DNA of 64,000 nucleotides, from the NCBI GenBank assembly GCA_001784175.1, contig MFPR01000020.1, positions 186,001 to 250,000 of the forward strand. Reading direction: 5' to 3'. Under the pieces are notes generated by a model that did no database searches, was not told the DNA's origin, and saw only the letters and a list, made by a program, of their open reading frames with translations. Positions 17,358 to 27,675 of this stretch are shown in pieces; the stretch's first letter is position 1, and every line of letters begins with the position of its first letter. This DNA is from Candidatus Lindowbacteria bacterium RIFCSPLOWO2_12_FULL_62_27. Its GTDB lineage: Bacteria > Lindowbacteria > 2-12-FULL-62-27. Made by a program: the position numbers and the translations under genes.

Positions 17358-18872
17358 TCAGAACTGCACCGCCCACGTTGCGGCCGGCTCATCGTCGTAA
17401 ACGGTCGATGCCCCCTGCGCGTCCGGCGCGAGCCAGTCGGCGTCGAGATCGTCGTTGACCTGAATCCGGTATCGGAGCTGCGTTCCGGCCGCCTGCGCCG
17501 GCATCGACGCCTTCCAGTAGGCATATCGCCCGAATCTCGCGGTGATTTTCATCGGCGCCCAGTTCCAGGTCGCGCCGCCGTTGGTTGTGTACTTCACGTT
17601 CGCGCTGGTCAAGTCGCGGTCCGCGGCCCGCACCGACACGTTGAACGGCGTTCCCGGGCCGGGCTGAACGGGGAACCGGTATGTCTCGCCGAGGCCGTCC
17701 GGTGCGGCAGCGGGATCATGCAGGAGAGGATTCCACCAGACGTCGTTGTCATTTTCCGCGAGTTGAAACAGGGACTTGGTGTTTTTCCACATCACGTTCT
17801 CAAAAATGCCGGGCGCGAGATTGTATTGAAGGTTCGCATAGACCTGCTCGTAGGATTCCACGCCCTCCACGTTCATGTTCCGGTAATGGTCCTCTCCGTC
17901 TGTAGAAGCGTCCGAACCGAAGATCACCTTGTTGGATCCCGCAATGGAAATTTCCTCGATACAGTGATTTCCCGTGTTCCATGACAATTCGATATGGTAA
18001 TTGGGCACGCTGTTCGCGTACCCGGCCGACCGTTGCCGCCCGCCGTCATTCGGACCCATGTAGACATGGTAGGCGACAACTTTGACATTGGGAAAACGCA
18101 GAGCGAGGTTCCGGATGCGGTCAGGATCCGCGATGCCGGGACCGGCGTGGATGACCATCGGGACATTGTAGCGCTCGGCCAGCCTCATGAACGGGTCCAT
18201 CCTCGCGTCATCGGCCGGGACGCCGTAGCTGTCGGGATGATATTTGATGCCCACAAACCCACGGTCGCGAAGGTAGGTTTCCACTTCGCTGACGGATACG
18301 GATCCCGCGGACGGATTGGCCCAGGCCAGCCCCCTCAACCAGGAATATCGGGCCACCCAGTAGTCCGTCTGGGTGTTGTCCATCCAGGACGTCAACGCGA
18401 GGTCGACGCCGAAACTCTGGGTGGAGGTGAGATACGAATTTGGGGTGAGACGGGAAAATCCCGCCGAAGGGCCGTCGCCGATGTGGGTATGGGCGTCGAT
18501 GATCCGGGTGTTCAGCCGTCGTTTGAAGTCTCGATTGAAATTATTGTCCCAGGCGGAACCATTGGTAAAAACGAAATTGATTTCTCTTCTTCCATAGGCG
18601 TTCATCAGAACGATTTCCCACCATCCGTTGCCGCGTCGGGTCATCGCCGACGTCGCGGGAGACTGCCACCCATCGTATCCGAAATGCAATGAAACGTTGG
18701 CGGAATTTGCGAGATCTCCCCTGTAATATACAGTGAGTTTGCCCTGCCCGAGCGCGCTCCGGTCGATATCCACCGGGATTGCGCCGGGCTGGTAGCCCAT
18801 GCCGACAGATGCCTGCATCAACAGAAAAACGGTCGCCATCATCAGCCATTTTCCACCGGTCGCGATTTTCAT
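17358..18872 (-). CDS. Secreted amidohydrolase (Amidohydro_2-like) with N- and C-terminal carbohydrate-binding-like modules
   Basis: Signal peptide; VYY.G....LHFGYDGW...INFVFTNGSAWDNN (starch-binding-like); IIDAHTH, GIKYHP, IHAG, FGSD; C-terminal Ig-like domain like alpha-amylase N-domains. Confidence 0.75.
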   Translation of the reverse strand: MKIATGGKWLMMATVFLLMQASVGMGYQPGAIPVDIDRSALGQGKLTVYYRGDLANSANVSLHFGYDGWQSPATSAMTRRGNGWWEIVLMNAYGRREINFVFTNGSAWDNNFNRDFKRRLNTRIIDAHTHIGDGPSAGFSRLTPNSYLTSTQSFGVDLALTSWMDNTQTDYWVARYSWLRGLAWANPSAGSVSVSEVETYLRDRGFVGIKYHPDSYGVPADDARMDPFMRLAERYNVPMVIHAGPGIADPDRIRNLALRFPNVKVVAYHVYMGPNDGGRQRSAGYANSVPNYHIELSWNTGNHCIEEISIAGSNKVIFGSDASTDGEDHYRNMNVEGVESYEQVYANLQYNLAPGIFENVMWKNTKSLFQLAENDNDVWWNPLLHDPAAAPDGLGETYRFPVQPGPGTPFNVSVRAADRDLTSANVKYTTNGGATWNWAPMKITARFGRYAYWKASMPAQAAGTQLRYRIQVNDDLDADWLAPDAQGASTVYDDEPAATWAVQF

Positions 18873-18994
18873 GTCGTTGTTCCTCCCAGATACTCGGTTT
18901 TCGCGGCTGTACGGCCGCGCGAGAAGCGTTGTGTCGTTTCGCGTCTCTGGGTGAAATCTATCGCGATGGAGGCGTGTTGTCAGTCACATGCGTT

Positions 18995-19010
18995 TGTCAC
19001 CTATGTGACA
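18995..19010. promoter_or_regulatory. Crp/Fnr-type palindromic site TGTCA-N6-TGACA
   Basis: TGTCAcctatgTGACA about 125 bp upstream of the amidohydrolase-Crp/Fnr pair. Confidence 0.55.
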
Positions 19011-19033
19011 TCTGCCGGGTTCGGCGCCTGTTA

Positions 19034-21295
19034 TCAGAAACGGAATATTTTTTTAAGCCAGCCGCTGATCCCCCCGGCGTGGAGCCGGCATTGGATCTTA
19101 GGCTCGGTTCCCGCCAGAAAATATTCCCGCTTGACACGGATGCAGCCGGATCGCGCCAGCTCTCCGCTGGCCAGGTCGACTTTCGCTTCAACCACATCTG
19201 CGGCGCTCGGAAACGCCATGTCCGGCCGGTCGCGCAGGGCGCGCTCCATGAACTGCGCCCAGATCGGCAACGCTACCTGCGCGCCGGTCAGCTTGAGCGG
19301 GCGCGGCAGGTCGTGGCCGACCCACACGCCGCACAGAAGCTCGGGCGTGTAGCCGATAAACCAGGCGTCGCGGTAGCTGTCATTGGTGCCGGTCTTGCCG
19401 GCGCCGATTCTGTGAAATCCCCAATCCCTCGCCCAACGCGCCGTGCCTTCCTTCACAACCCCCGACAGCGCGTCGTTGACCAGAAAGGCGACCGCAGAAC
19501 TCACGACGACGTCGGTGACGACGGCGTTTTCCTCCACCGGCTCCCCCCGGTGATTGTACACCGCCACGATGCTCCGCTCGGCCGGCAACGCGCCCATGTT
19601 GGCCCAGGCCGAATAGGCGCGCGTGAGTTCGAGCAGGCTCACTTCCATCGATCCCAGCGCAAGAGACGGCACCGGGAGCAGCGGACTTTCGATGCCGAGC
19701 CGGCGCGCCACTTCAACAACCTTCGGAAGGCCCACGCGCATCGCCGCCCGGACGGTCGGGATGTTGATGGAATGCGTCATCATCTCCCGCAGCGTCACGG
19801 GGCCGCGAAACGCGCTGTCGAAATTTTGCGGGGTCCAGGTGTCCGTCCAGTCGGCCATCGTCAGCGGGGTGTCGTCCTCCATCGAGATCAGGGTGAGACC
19901 GTTTTCGAGCGCGGCGGTCAGGACAAAAGGTTTGAACGCCGACCCGGGCTGGCGGCGCGCCTGAACGGCGCGGTTGAACTGGCTCTCCTGATAATTTTTC
20001 CCGCCCACCATCGACAGAATGTCGCCGGTCCGAGGGTCCATCGCGACCAGCGCCGATTGAAACTCGCACCGGCGCGCCAGCTCCTCGGCGGCGGCCTGAA
20101 GATGGGCGTCCAGCGTCGTGAAGATGGAGAATCCCTGCGTGTTCAGCGCCGTCGGGTTGTACCTGCTGCCGAGCACGCTGTGTACGTAACTCAGAAAATA
20201 GGGCGCCCGGCGGCCGGGCGCGGTTCGGACGCCTGCCGTTTCGATCGGTTCGTGGATGGCTTGATCATAGTCCGCCTCCGAAATGAATTGCTGGTCCAGC
20301 ATGCTCCTGAGGACCACGTCCCGGCGTTTTTTCGCCAGCGGCAAATTGAGGTACGGCGAATACAGATTGGGCGCTCGAATGAGCCCCGCCAGAAGCGCCG
20401 ATTCGGCCAGGCTGAGACCGGCCGCCTTCTTGCCGAAATACAGGTCCGCCGCCTCCTCCACCCCGAAGACGTTCACCGGCCCGCGCTGCCCGAGATAAAT
20501 CTGGTTGAGATACATCTCCATGATTTCAGCTTTCGAGTAGCGCCCCTCCAGCGCAATGGCCAGACCCATCTCCAGAATCTTGCGATGCAGCGTCCGCCTC
20601 CTCGTGAGAAATAAATTCCGCGCCAGTTGCTGGGTCACGGTGCTGCCGCCTTGCGCAAACCGCCGCGCCCGGAGGTTCTGCCACGCCGCACGGGCAACGC
20701 CCCTGGGATCCACGCCCCGATGAGAATAAAATCGCCGGTCTTCAATCGCAATCACCGCTTGCACCAGCGCCGGCGGCAGATTCTGCAGCGGGATCCACTT
20801 CCGCGACTCGTAGCTCGATGAAAACGTCCCCAGCACGATCGGGTCCAGCGTCAGCGTGTCCAGAAATTCGTCCGCCGACCGGTCGACGATCCGATCCACA
20901 CCGCGATCCGAAAACGCGATCTCCAGGGCGTTTCCCCTTCCAAGCTTTCCCGGGTACTCGAAGGCCCGCCGGACGACAAACAACGTCCGGCCCTTGACGA
21001 GATACTGACCGGGCTCCAGCGGCCCGCTTCGCACCGCCGCGTACTCGGCGCCCTTCAGATGCTCGAGCACCGCCGGCAGGGAGGTGCCCGACTCCGCCGT
21101 CAGCGTGAGCGGCGCGCTGTAGACGCGGCTCGGAAACGTCCAGCCCTTTCTCGTGCTGTGCAGTTCCGCCAGGCCGGCGATGTGCATGTAGTAATACCAG
21201 CCAAGGAATGTCGCCACCGCGAGCAGGACAACGACCGCGCCGGACAGAACGTATCGAGTGACCCGCCGGAAGGCTTTCATATCCAAGGATAGCAT
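19034..21295 (-). CDS. mrcB: Class A penicillin-binding protein, PBP1B-like
   Basis: TM anchor, UB2H-like segment, EDRRF, QGGSTVTQQ, RK..E, SAFK, SIN, KTGT motifs. Confidence 0.88.
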   Translation of the reverse strand: MLSLDMKAFRRVTRYVLSGAVVVLLAVATFLGWYYYMHIAGLAELHSTRKGWTFPSRVYSAPLTLTAESGTSLPAVLEHLKGAEYAAVRSGPLEPGQYLVKGRTLFVVRRAFEYPGKLGRGNALEIAFSDRGVDRIVDRSADEFLDTLTLDPIVLGTFSSSYESRKWIPLQNLPPALVQAVIAIEDRRFYSHRGVDPRGVARAAWQNLRARRFAQGGSTVTQQLARNLFLTRRRTLHRKILEMGLAIALEGRYSKAEIMEMYLNQIYLGQRGPVNVFGVEEAADLYFGKKAAGLSLAESALLAGLIRAPNLYSPYLNLPLAKKRRDVVLRSMLDQQFISEADYDQAIHEPIETAGVRTAPGRRAPYFLSYVHSVLGSRYNPTALNTQGFSIFTTLDAHLQAAAEELARRCEFQSALVAMDPRTGDILSMVGGKNYQESQFNRAVQARRQPGSAFKPFVLTAALENGLTLISMEDDTPLTMADWTDTWTPQNFDSAFRGPVTLREMMTHSINIPTVRAAMRVGLPKVVEVARRLGIESPLLPVPSLALGSMEVSLLELTRAYSAWANMGALPAERSIVAVYNHRGEPVEENAVVTDVVVSSAVAFLVNDALSGVVKEGTARWARDWGFHRIGAGKTGTNDSYRDAWFIGYTPELLCGVWVGHDLPRPLKLTGAQVALPIWAQFMERALRDRPDMAFPSAADVVEAKVDLASGELARSGCIRVKREYFLAGTEPKIQCRLHAGGISGWLKKIFRF

Positions 21296-21428
21296 GGCCT
21301 CTGTTAAGGCATGCGGTCAAGTCAAACCGCTTGATCCAGTCGCGCTCCAATGTTTACATGCTGTTGTGAATCCGGTTGTTTCTCTAGGACGGGAAAGGGC
21401 CGCGCGGGCACTGGCGGTCAGGACTCCC

Positions 21429-23453
21429 ATGGCGTCCGAGTATGCGGATCTCTTCGGCGAGGTGAGCGTAAACGGTCACGCCCTTCGAGTGGATGTCGCC
21501 ATCGCAGAGCTGACTCGCGAATTTCAATCGCGGTTCTGCGAGGTGCTCGCCTCACGGCGCGCGTTTCTTGATCGCGTCGCGACCGGGCGCGCCCGGTATG
21601 GATTCGCCCGCCCGGACGAGCGCTTTGAAGACGCGGACGGGAACGTCAAATCGGCCGCGGATATCCGGCAGGGCATGCTTGATCAGTTCTACGGCAAGGA
21701 CTCCCCCCACCGCTGGCGGTTGAATACCGGCGTCCCCGCGCCGGCTGAAATCGTCCGGCCCGGCCTCCAAGGGACGGGACCGTTTGACGATCTCGGCATG
21801 GCGATGCGCGCCCTGGGCGCCGGCGCGTATGGCGCCGCCTCCTGGATGGCCGACTGGGAGGACGCCGGCAATGACTATCAGGACAAACTCTATCGTGCAT
21901 GGCGCAATCTCAAGGAACTTCTGGCGGGCGACTGGACCGGCCGGACCTGGCGCCACCCGGAAAAGAACAAGGACTACGCGATCGATCTTCCGCATTCTGC
22001 CTGGCCCGTGATTTTTCATCGCGTGCCCGGCATCCACCTGCGCAGTCGCCAACTCACGCTGAGGGGCGCGCCGGTGCCGGCCATTATCCCGGCGCTCGTG
22101 ATGCACACCTTTCACAATTTCGACTCGCAGATCAAAAATCGTTCCGGCATCTATTTTTATGTGCCCAAAATCGAAACCCCGGCTGAGGCCCTGCTCGTGG
22201 CGCGGATCCTCAACGCCATCGAACGCATGATCGGCGCCGCGCGCGGCACGATCAAAATAGAAATGCTCAACGAGCGCGCCCGATACACGGCCTATCAGGA
22301 ACTCATCATGTGGGTCCTCCGCGACTGGCTCATCGGCCCGAACGTAGGCCGCTGGGATTATCTCAACAGCCGCATCGAAATGCTCAAAGACCGGCTGGCC
22401 GGCGTCTTCCCCGATCCTCACACCGTCGGGATGACCGAGCCGTCCATGACCGAATACACGCGCCGCAATGCCCTCCTCACCGCCCTGGTCGGAGGATTTC
22501 CGGTCGGTGGGATGTCGGCCGTGATGAAAAATCCGAAGTCGCCGCCGGACGTGAACCAGAAGGCGGTACGGTCGATCTGGTTCGACAAAATCCGCGAACG
22601 GCTCACCGGCCTCATGCAGATCGACGGCCGGTCCTTCGACCTCTACCGCCAGAGCTGGGTGGCGACGACCGAGGAGGAATATGTGCGGGCCGGCGCGGAA
22701 CCTTTGCAGTCCCCCAAAGACCATTTGCCCGAACTTGTGCGGCGCCTCTCCGACGACGAGCGCGCCCGGCTCCAGGCGCTCGACCTGCTCGATCGCCAGG
22801 GCCGCATCGTCCCCTTCAAGGTCACGCCCGGCGATCTTGCGCCCCGCCGGATGTTCTCGTCCGCCGCATGGCAACGCCTCTTTCGAAGACCGAAAGGTCC
22901 GATCACCGAAAAGGGCCTTCGATACGCCGTCTACATGGCGTCCGAATACATGTTTCAGCAGCTCAACGGAAACAACGCGGCCGCCATCGAGGATTATTTG
23001 AGCGGCAACCGCCTCATGAACGATTTCGCAACCTACGAAATATTCTGGCACTGGCTCTGGACCGCGCTCCATCACGAGTCGCGCCTGACGGAGGCCGGCG
23101 AAAGCACCCGCAAGGGTGAGCGGCTCACGGCCAAACTCATGGCCCGGCTCCTGGACGAACGCAGCGCCGCCGTGAAAGAATACTTCGCCAAACAGGACCG
23201 CGAGGGCGTCCGGAGCCGCTTCGACCGCGCCAAGGCCCCGTTGACGATGGAGATTCTACGCCGGCAACTGTTCCATCCCCGCTGGATCACCTATGGCTCC
23301 CGGGTGCTCCTGTCGGTGATCGAGTCTTCTGCGGCGGAACGCCGGCGGATTCTGGATGCCGTGTTCAGCCGCGGCCGGCCTGCGGCGGCCAGAGAGGCCG
23401 CGGCGTTTGATTTCGTTTACGATTCCCATGATCGGAGGCGCATGCATGGCTAG
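21429..23453 (+). CDS. aceB: Malate synthase (divergent)
   Basis: [38 protein letters not shown] motifs; directly upstream of isocitrate lyase. Start set at ATG 21429. Confidence 0.85.
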   Translation: MASEYADLFGEVSVNGHALRVDVAIAELTREFQSRFCEVLASRRAFLDRVATGRARYGFARPDERFEDADGNVKSAADIRQGMLDQFYGKDSPHRWRLNTGVPAPAEIVRPGLQGTGPFDDLGMAMRALGAGAYGAASWMADWEDAGNDYQDKLYRAWRNLKELLAGDWTGRTWRHPEKNKDYAIDLPHSAWPVIFHRVPGIHLRSRQLTLRGAPVPAIIPALVMHTFHNFDSQIKNRSGIYFYVPKIETPAEALLVARILNAIERMIGAARGTIKIEMLNERARYTAYQELIMWVLRDWLIGPNVGRWDYLNSRIEMLKDRLAGVFPDPHTVGMTEPSMTEYTRRNALLTALVGGFPVGGMSAVMKNPKSPPDVNQKAVRSIWFDKIRERLTGLMQIDGRSFDLYRQSWVATTEEEYVRAGAEPLQSPKDHLPELVRRLSDDERARLQALDLLDRQGRIVPFKVTPGDLAPRRMFSSAAWQRLFRRPKGPITEKGLRYAVYMASEYMFQQLNGNNAAAIEDYLSGNRLMNDFATYEIFWHWLWTALHHESRLTEAGESTRKGERLTAKLMARLLDERSAAVKEYFAKQDREGVRSRFDRAKAPLTMEILRRQLFHPRWITYGSRVLLSVIESSAAERRRILDAVFSRGRPAAAREAAAFDFVYDSHDRRRMHG

Positions 23454-25236
23454 AAAATCTGACTCGGAAGTGCAAAAAGAGCAGGAATCATTCCGGAAAG
23501 AGGTGAGCGCAGTCCAGGAGTGGATGGCTCAGCCCAGATTCAAGCACACCACGCGGTACTGGACCGCCGAAGACCTCGTGCGGGTCCGGCCGCGCATCCG
23601 AAACGAATTCACGTTCACAAACGCCATGGCCGGAAAATTCTGGACCCTCCTCCAGACCCTCAAAAACAACGGCCGGCGCGGCCGGCAGCCCAACCATACG
23701 GGCACGGGCGGCGTCATCGACGGCGCCCAGGCCGCTGTCTTCGCGATGCGCGGCCTCGAAGCCCTCTACGTCAGCGGCTGGCAGGCCTCGCTCCTCCATT
23801 ATTCTTCCGGCCGCACCGGGCCCGACCTTGCAAAATATCCGTACGACACGGTTCCCAAAGTGGTCGAACGCATCACCCGCGCGCAGCGGTGGTATGACGC
23901 GCGGCAGCGCGAAGAACGCAGTTGGATGACCCGCGCGCAACTGGCGGAGACGCCGGCCGTCGATTACTTCCTGCCGATCTTCGCGGACGGTGACACCGGC
24001 CACGAGGCGATGGCAGAACTCATGGAACTCTTCATCGAGGCCGGCGCCGCCGCCGTCCACATCGAGGACCAGGCCCACGGCAAAAAAAAGTGCGGACACA
24101 TGGCAGGCAAGGTCCTCGTGCCGATGCAGGAACACACGCTGAGGCTGCTCGAGGCCCGCGCGACCGCGGACATCTGGGGATCCGAAATCCTGATCGTCGC
24201 CCGCACCGACTCCGAGGCGGCCAAACTCCTGACGTCGGACGTCGACCCCCGCGACCACTGGTTCATTCTCGGCACGACCCTCGAAGATATCCCGGCGCTC
24301 GCAAAAATTATCGGCATGGCATGGGACAGAACCAACCGCAGGGAAAATGAAGTCCGCGTGACCCGCCTCGAAAAACGCTGGCCCTCCTTCGCCGCCGGCA
24401 TCCGCCGCCTCTGGCAGTGCTCCGATGGCGGCGACAGCAAGAGCGCCAAGGAAATGACGGAGGCCCTGACCTCCGAGTGGAACCGCCAGGCCGGGCTTAT
24501 GACCTACTACGAGGCGGTGGCCAGGGCCATCGATAAGTCAGATCGGCCTAACAAAAAAGAACTTCTTCGCCGGTGGGAGGAGGAAAACGGCCCCGCCAAC
24601 GCGCTCGCCCTGCGGGAGCAGGTCGAACTGGCGGAAAATATGCGCATCCATGTGGAATGGAATAAATTCAAGCCGAAAGTTTTTGAAGGGTATTTTCAGG
24701 TCAAATCGTGCGTCGAAGCGGCCATCGCGCGCGGGCGGGCCTTTGCGCCCTTCGCCGACATCCTGTGGATGGAACAGGAAAAACCGAGTCTCGACGAGGC
24801 CCGGCGTTTCGCGGAAGGCGTGCTCGAAAAATTTCCGGATGCCGTCCTGGCGGCCAACAACTCACCGTCCTTCAACTGGGACAATCCCGACCTCCACCGC
24901 GGATTGAGCCAGGCGCGGATCGACGCCAAGCACAAGGCCCATCAGGACGAGCAGGGCAAAATGGGATATGTCTTTCAGTTTGTCACGCTCATGGGAAGCC
25001 ACATGTCGCTCCTTGCAACGCACGAGACCGGCACGACCTTTCGGGAGGAGGGAATGCTGGCCTACGTGCGGGACGTGCAGCGCAGAGAAAAGGCCATGGG
25101 CGCGCCGTTTCTCAAGCACCAGTGGTTCGCGGGATCGGGTTTGCGCGAAGCGATGGAGCGGCTTATCTATGGCGGCGCGTCGGCGACCGGAATCGGAGGC
25201 AAGGGCCTCACGGAACGGCAATTCGACAAGAAATAG
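23446..25236 (+). CDS. aceA: Isocitrate lyase (long form)
   Basis: [53 protein letters not shown] motifs. Confidence 0.95.
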   Translation: MARKSDSEVQKEQESFRKEVSAVQEWMAQPRFKHTTRYWTAEDLVRVRPRIRNEFTFTNAMAGKFWTLLQTLKNNGRRGRQPNHTGTGGVIDGAQAAVFAMRGLEALYVSGWQASLLHYSSGRTGPDLAKYPYDTVPKVVERITRAQRWYDARQREERSWMTRAQLAETPAVDYFLPIFADGDTGHEAMAELMELFIEAGAAAVHIEDQAHGKKKCGHMAGKVLVPMQEHTLRLLEARATADIWGSEILIVARTDSEAAKLLTSDVDPRDHWFILGTTLEDIPALAKIIGMAWDRTNRRENEVRVTRLEKRWPSFAAGIRRLWQCSDGGDSKSAKEMTEALTSEWNRQAGLMTYYEAVARAIDKSDRPNKKELLRRWEEENGPANALALREQVELAENMRIHVEWNKFKPKVFEGYFQVKSCVEAAIARGRAFAPFADILWMEQEKPSLDEARRFAEGVLEKFPDAVLAANNSPSFNWDNPDLHRGLSQARIDAKHKAHQDEQGKMGYVFQFVTLMGSHMSLLATHETGTTFREEGMLAYVRDVQRREKAMGAPFLKHQWFAGSGLREAMERLIYGGASATGIGGKGLTERQFDKK

Positions 25237-25243
25237 GTTTGTC

Positions 25244-26224
25244 ATGAAAAGGGGCATCGTGCCGGCGCTGGCCGCATCAATGGTTTTTGCAGCGCATCTT
25301 GCGGCGCCGGCGGTGGAATCAGGTCCGGCGGTGGGCCCGCCGCGGCCAACGGCTCCGCCGGCAGCCCGCCGCGGCATCCCGCCCGTGTTTGAACAGGCTT
25401 CCATCCCGGCCCTCGCGCAAAAAAAAATCCGGCCCGGACCCATCACCGTCGCCTCCCTCGTGGAAGATTCCTTCGCCTTTAAAATCGACAGCGTCCGGTA
25501 CACCAGCGACAATCTCACGGTTTCAGGACTCATCGCGATTCCGAAATCCCGCAAGCCGCCCTTTCCCGCCGTTGTGATTTGTCATGGATACTACCCGCCC
25601 GCCAACTACTGGCAGGGATTGGGCACGCTCGACACCATCCAGGCGCTCGCCGCCGAAGGATACCTCGTGTTCCTGCCGGACTACCGCGGATTTCCTCCGT
25701 CCGAAGGCCACGCAACCTATCCGTATCCGGGCGAGGTCATGGACGTTGTTCAAGGCGTCGTTTCCCTTTCGATGCATCCCAAGGTCGACGCCAAACGAAT
25801 CGCCGTCATCGGGTACAGCATGGGCGGCGGAATCGCGCTTCAAGCGGCGGAAATCCTCGGATCGCAGATCAAGGCCTTTGTGGATTATTACGGCCAACTG
25901 GGCGGATTTTTCCTCCGCGAAGATGAGCTGGCCCTTCTCCTGGATCAGGGCGTCGATTTTCCGATGGCCGAGGCGATCTTCAAGGCCAAGTCCCCCTTCC
26001 ACCATCTCCAAAGGCTCTCCTGCCCCACCCTCATCTTTCACGGCCAGAACGATCGCACGGTCTCGATCTCCCAGAGCCTGATGCTGCGCAACGAGCTTCG
26101 GCGCCTCGCCAAACCGGTCGATCTCGTCGCCTTCCCCGAATACGGCCACGCTTTCGGCGACTCCTTTCGGAACCGTTCCTTCCCGCAACTCCTCGCGTTT
26201 TTGAAAACACAGATCGGGAAATGA
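25244..26224 (+). CDS. Secreted alpha/beta hydrolase (S9/dienelactone-hydrolase-like)
   Basis: Signal peptide, PDYRG, GYSMGG nucleophile, HGQND, GHAF. Confidence 0.88.
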   Translation: MKRGIVPALAASMVFAAHLAAPAVESGPAVGPPRPTAPPAARRGIPPVFEQASIPALAQKKIRPGPITVASLVEDSFAFKIDSVRYTSDNLTVSGLIAIPKSRKPPFPAVVICHGYYPPANYWQGLGTLDTIQALAAEGYLVFLPDYRGFPPSEGHATYPYPGEVMDVVQGVVSLSMHPKVDAKRIAVIGYSMGGGIALQAAEILGSQIKAFVDYYGQLGGFFLREDELALLLDQGVDFPMAEAIFKAKSPFHHLQRLSCPTLIFHGQNDRTVSISQSLMLRNELRRLAKPVDLVAFPEYGHAFGDSFRNRSFPQLLAFLKTQIGK

Positions 26225-27675
26225 ATCCGCCGGGTGAATGTTCCCCCCTCTCCCGCCGTAGGCGGGAGAGGGTCGGGGTGAGGGTGGCCCTGCTCTGTCT
26301 GCTCCTCACCGCCTGCGGCAAGCCCGAACCGGCGCCACCGGCGGCCGGCATTCGGGAATCCGAAACCTGGTACGTCGCATGGCTGGGATCGGAAAAAATC
26401 GGATACCTCCGCAAGACCGTCTCGCGGACACCGGAGGGACGCCTTCGGCTGTACAGCGAGAATTACGTTTCGGCCAGAACCCTGCAACACCCGGTCCGGA
26501 TGAAAGCGATCGAGATCGTGGAAGCCACGCCCGATTTTCAACCGTACCGCTATTTCCAGAAGATCGAGACGGGGCTGGACGCCGTGTATCAGGTGAAAGG
26601 CTGGTTGGAGGGCGATCAATTCAAAATTGAGGTCGCATCCTCCGGAAACATCATCAAAACGAAGTCCTTCGCGACGGCCGATCTTACCTTCCCGCAACTG
26701 GCCGACCAGAAAATTCTCTCGGAAGATCTCTCGCCTGGACTTCGCCGGACCTTCCAGGTGGTCAACCCGGTCGATTTCCTCCCGATCCGCATCACCCTCG
26801 CCGTCGACCGCGCGCCGCCGGACAAAATTCCGGCGGACAGGTCAAACGTCCTGCGCGTGACGGCCGCGCTTGGAGCCATCGAGATCGTTTCCTACGTCGA
26901 CACGTCGGACCCGGAACCGTTTCTCATCGAATGGCCTCAGATGGAACTCAAATACATCCGGGGCGACAAAGAAGCGGCGGAACGCGTCGCGTCCGCGGCG
27001 CCCGCGGATATCGACCTCGCCTATTTCGCTGCCGTCGTGCCGACCGGAGGATCGGCACCGCCTGAATCCTCCGGCCGCGTCCGGGTCGTTCTTCGGGGTC
27101 CCGGACTGGGGGATCTCAATCTATCGGGAGATTTTCAGAAGGTGATAGACAAATCCGAAGAGCAGGTGACATTGGAAATCGGATGGCCTGACATCCTCGC
27201 CCTGGCCGACCGCCCGTCCGCCGCGTCGCCGGTGGACTCGTCCGTGGTGACACCCGCGATCCGGAAAATCGCCGGCCTGTTCCGGGAACGGCCGCCTCTT
27301 GAATTTTCTCGCGGCGCCATCCGGTGGATGCGGGCGCACATCCGGCAGGTCCCCACATCTTTGGTTCCCAGCGCGGACGATGTGCTTGAGATCCGGCAGG
27401 GCGACTGCAACGAGTTTTCGGCTCTGTTCCATGCCCTCGCCTCCGCCGCCGGCCTTCCGTCAAAAATCGTCTCCGGAGTCGTTTATATGGACGGGAAATA
27501 TTTTTATCATTCGTGGAATGAACTCTTCGTCGGCGGTCACTGGGTCCCGGTCGATCCCATCCTCAACGAAGTGCCGGCTTCACTCAAACATATCAAACTG
27601 ATCGAAGGCGACTATTCGGCCTCGTGGCGTCTTGCGGCGTGCTTGAGGACGCTGCGGATTGATATCCTGAATTAA
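26221..27675 (+). CDS. Transglutaminase-like domain lipoprotein
   Basis: Lipobox LLTAC; GDCNE, HSWNE, WVPVDP catalytic motifs. Confidence 0.88.
   Translation: MNPPGECSPLSRRRRERVGVRVALLCLLLTACGKPEPAPPAAGIRESETWYVAWLGSEKIGYLRKTVSRTPEGRLRLYSENYVSARTLQHPVRMKAIEIVEATPDFQPYRYFQKIETGLDAVYQVKGWLEGDQFKIEVASSGNIIKTKSFATADLTFPQLADQKILSEDLSPGLRRTFQVVNPVDFLPIRITLAVDRAPPDKIPADRSNVLRVTAALGAIEIVSYVDTSDPEPFLIEWPQMELKYIRGDKEAAERVASAAPADIDLAYFAAVVPTGGSAPPESSGRVRVVLRGPGLGDLNLSGDFQKVIDKSEEQVTLEIGWPDILALADRPSAASPVDSSVVTPAIRKIAGLFRERPPLEFSRGAIRWMRAHIRQVPTSLVPSADDVLEIRQGDCNEFSALFHALASAAGLPSKIVSGVVYMDGKYFYHSWNELFVGGHWVPVDPILNEVPASLKHIKLIEGDYSASWRLAACLRTLRIDILN
26242..26288. repeat. REP-like palindromic repeat
   Basis: CCCTCTCCCGCC-GTA-GGCGGGAGAGGG-TCGGGGTGAGGGTGGC, same family as 5161. 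Confidence 0.85.

Noticed and set aside
18779-20614. Long antisense ORFs (also 21552-23075, 32446-33879, 40229-41644, 61258-63393 and others)
   Set aside because: Shadows of well-supported genes on the opposite strand, expected in high-GC DNA.
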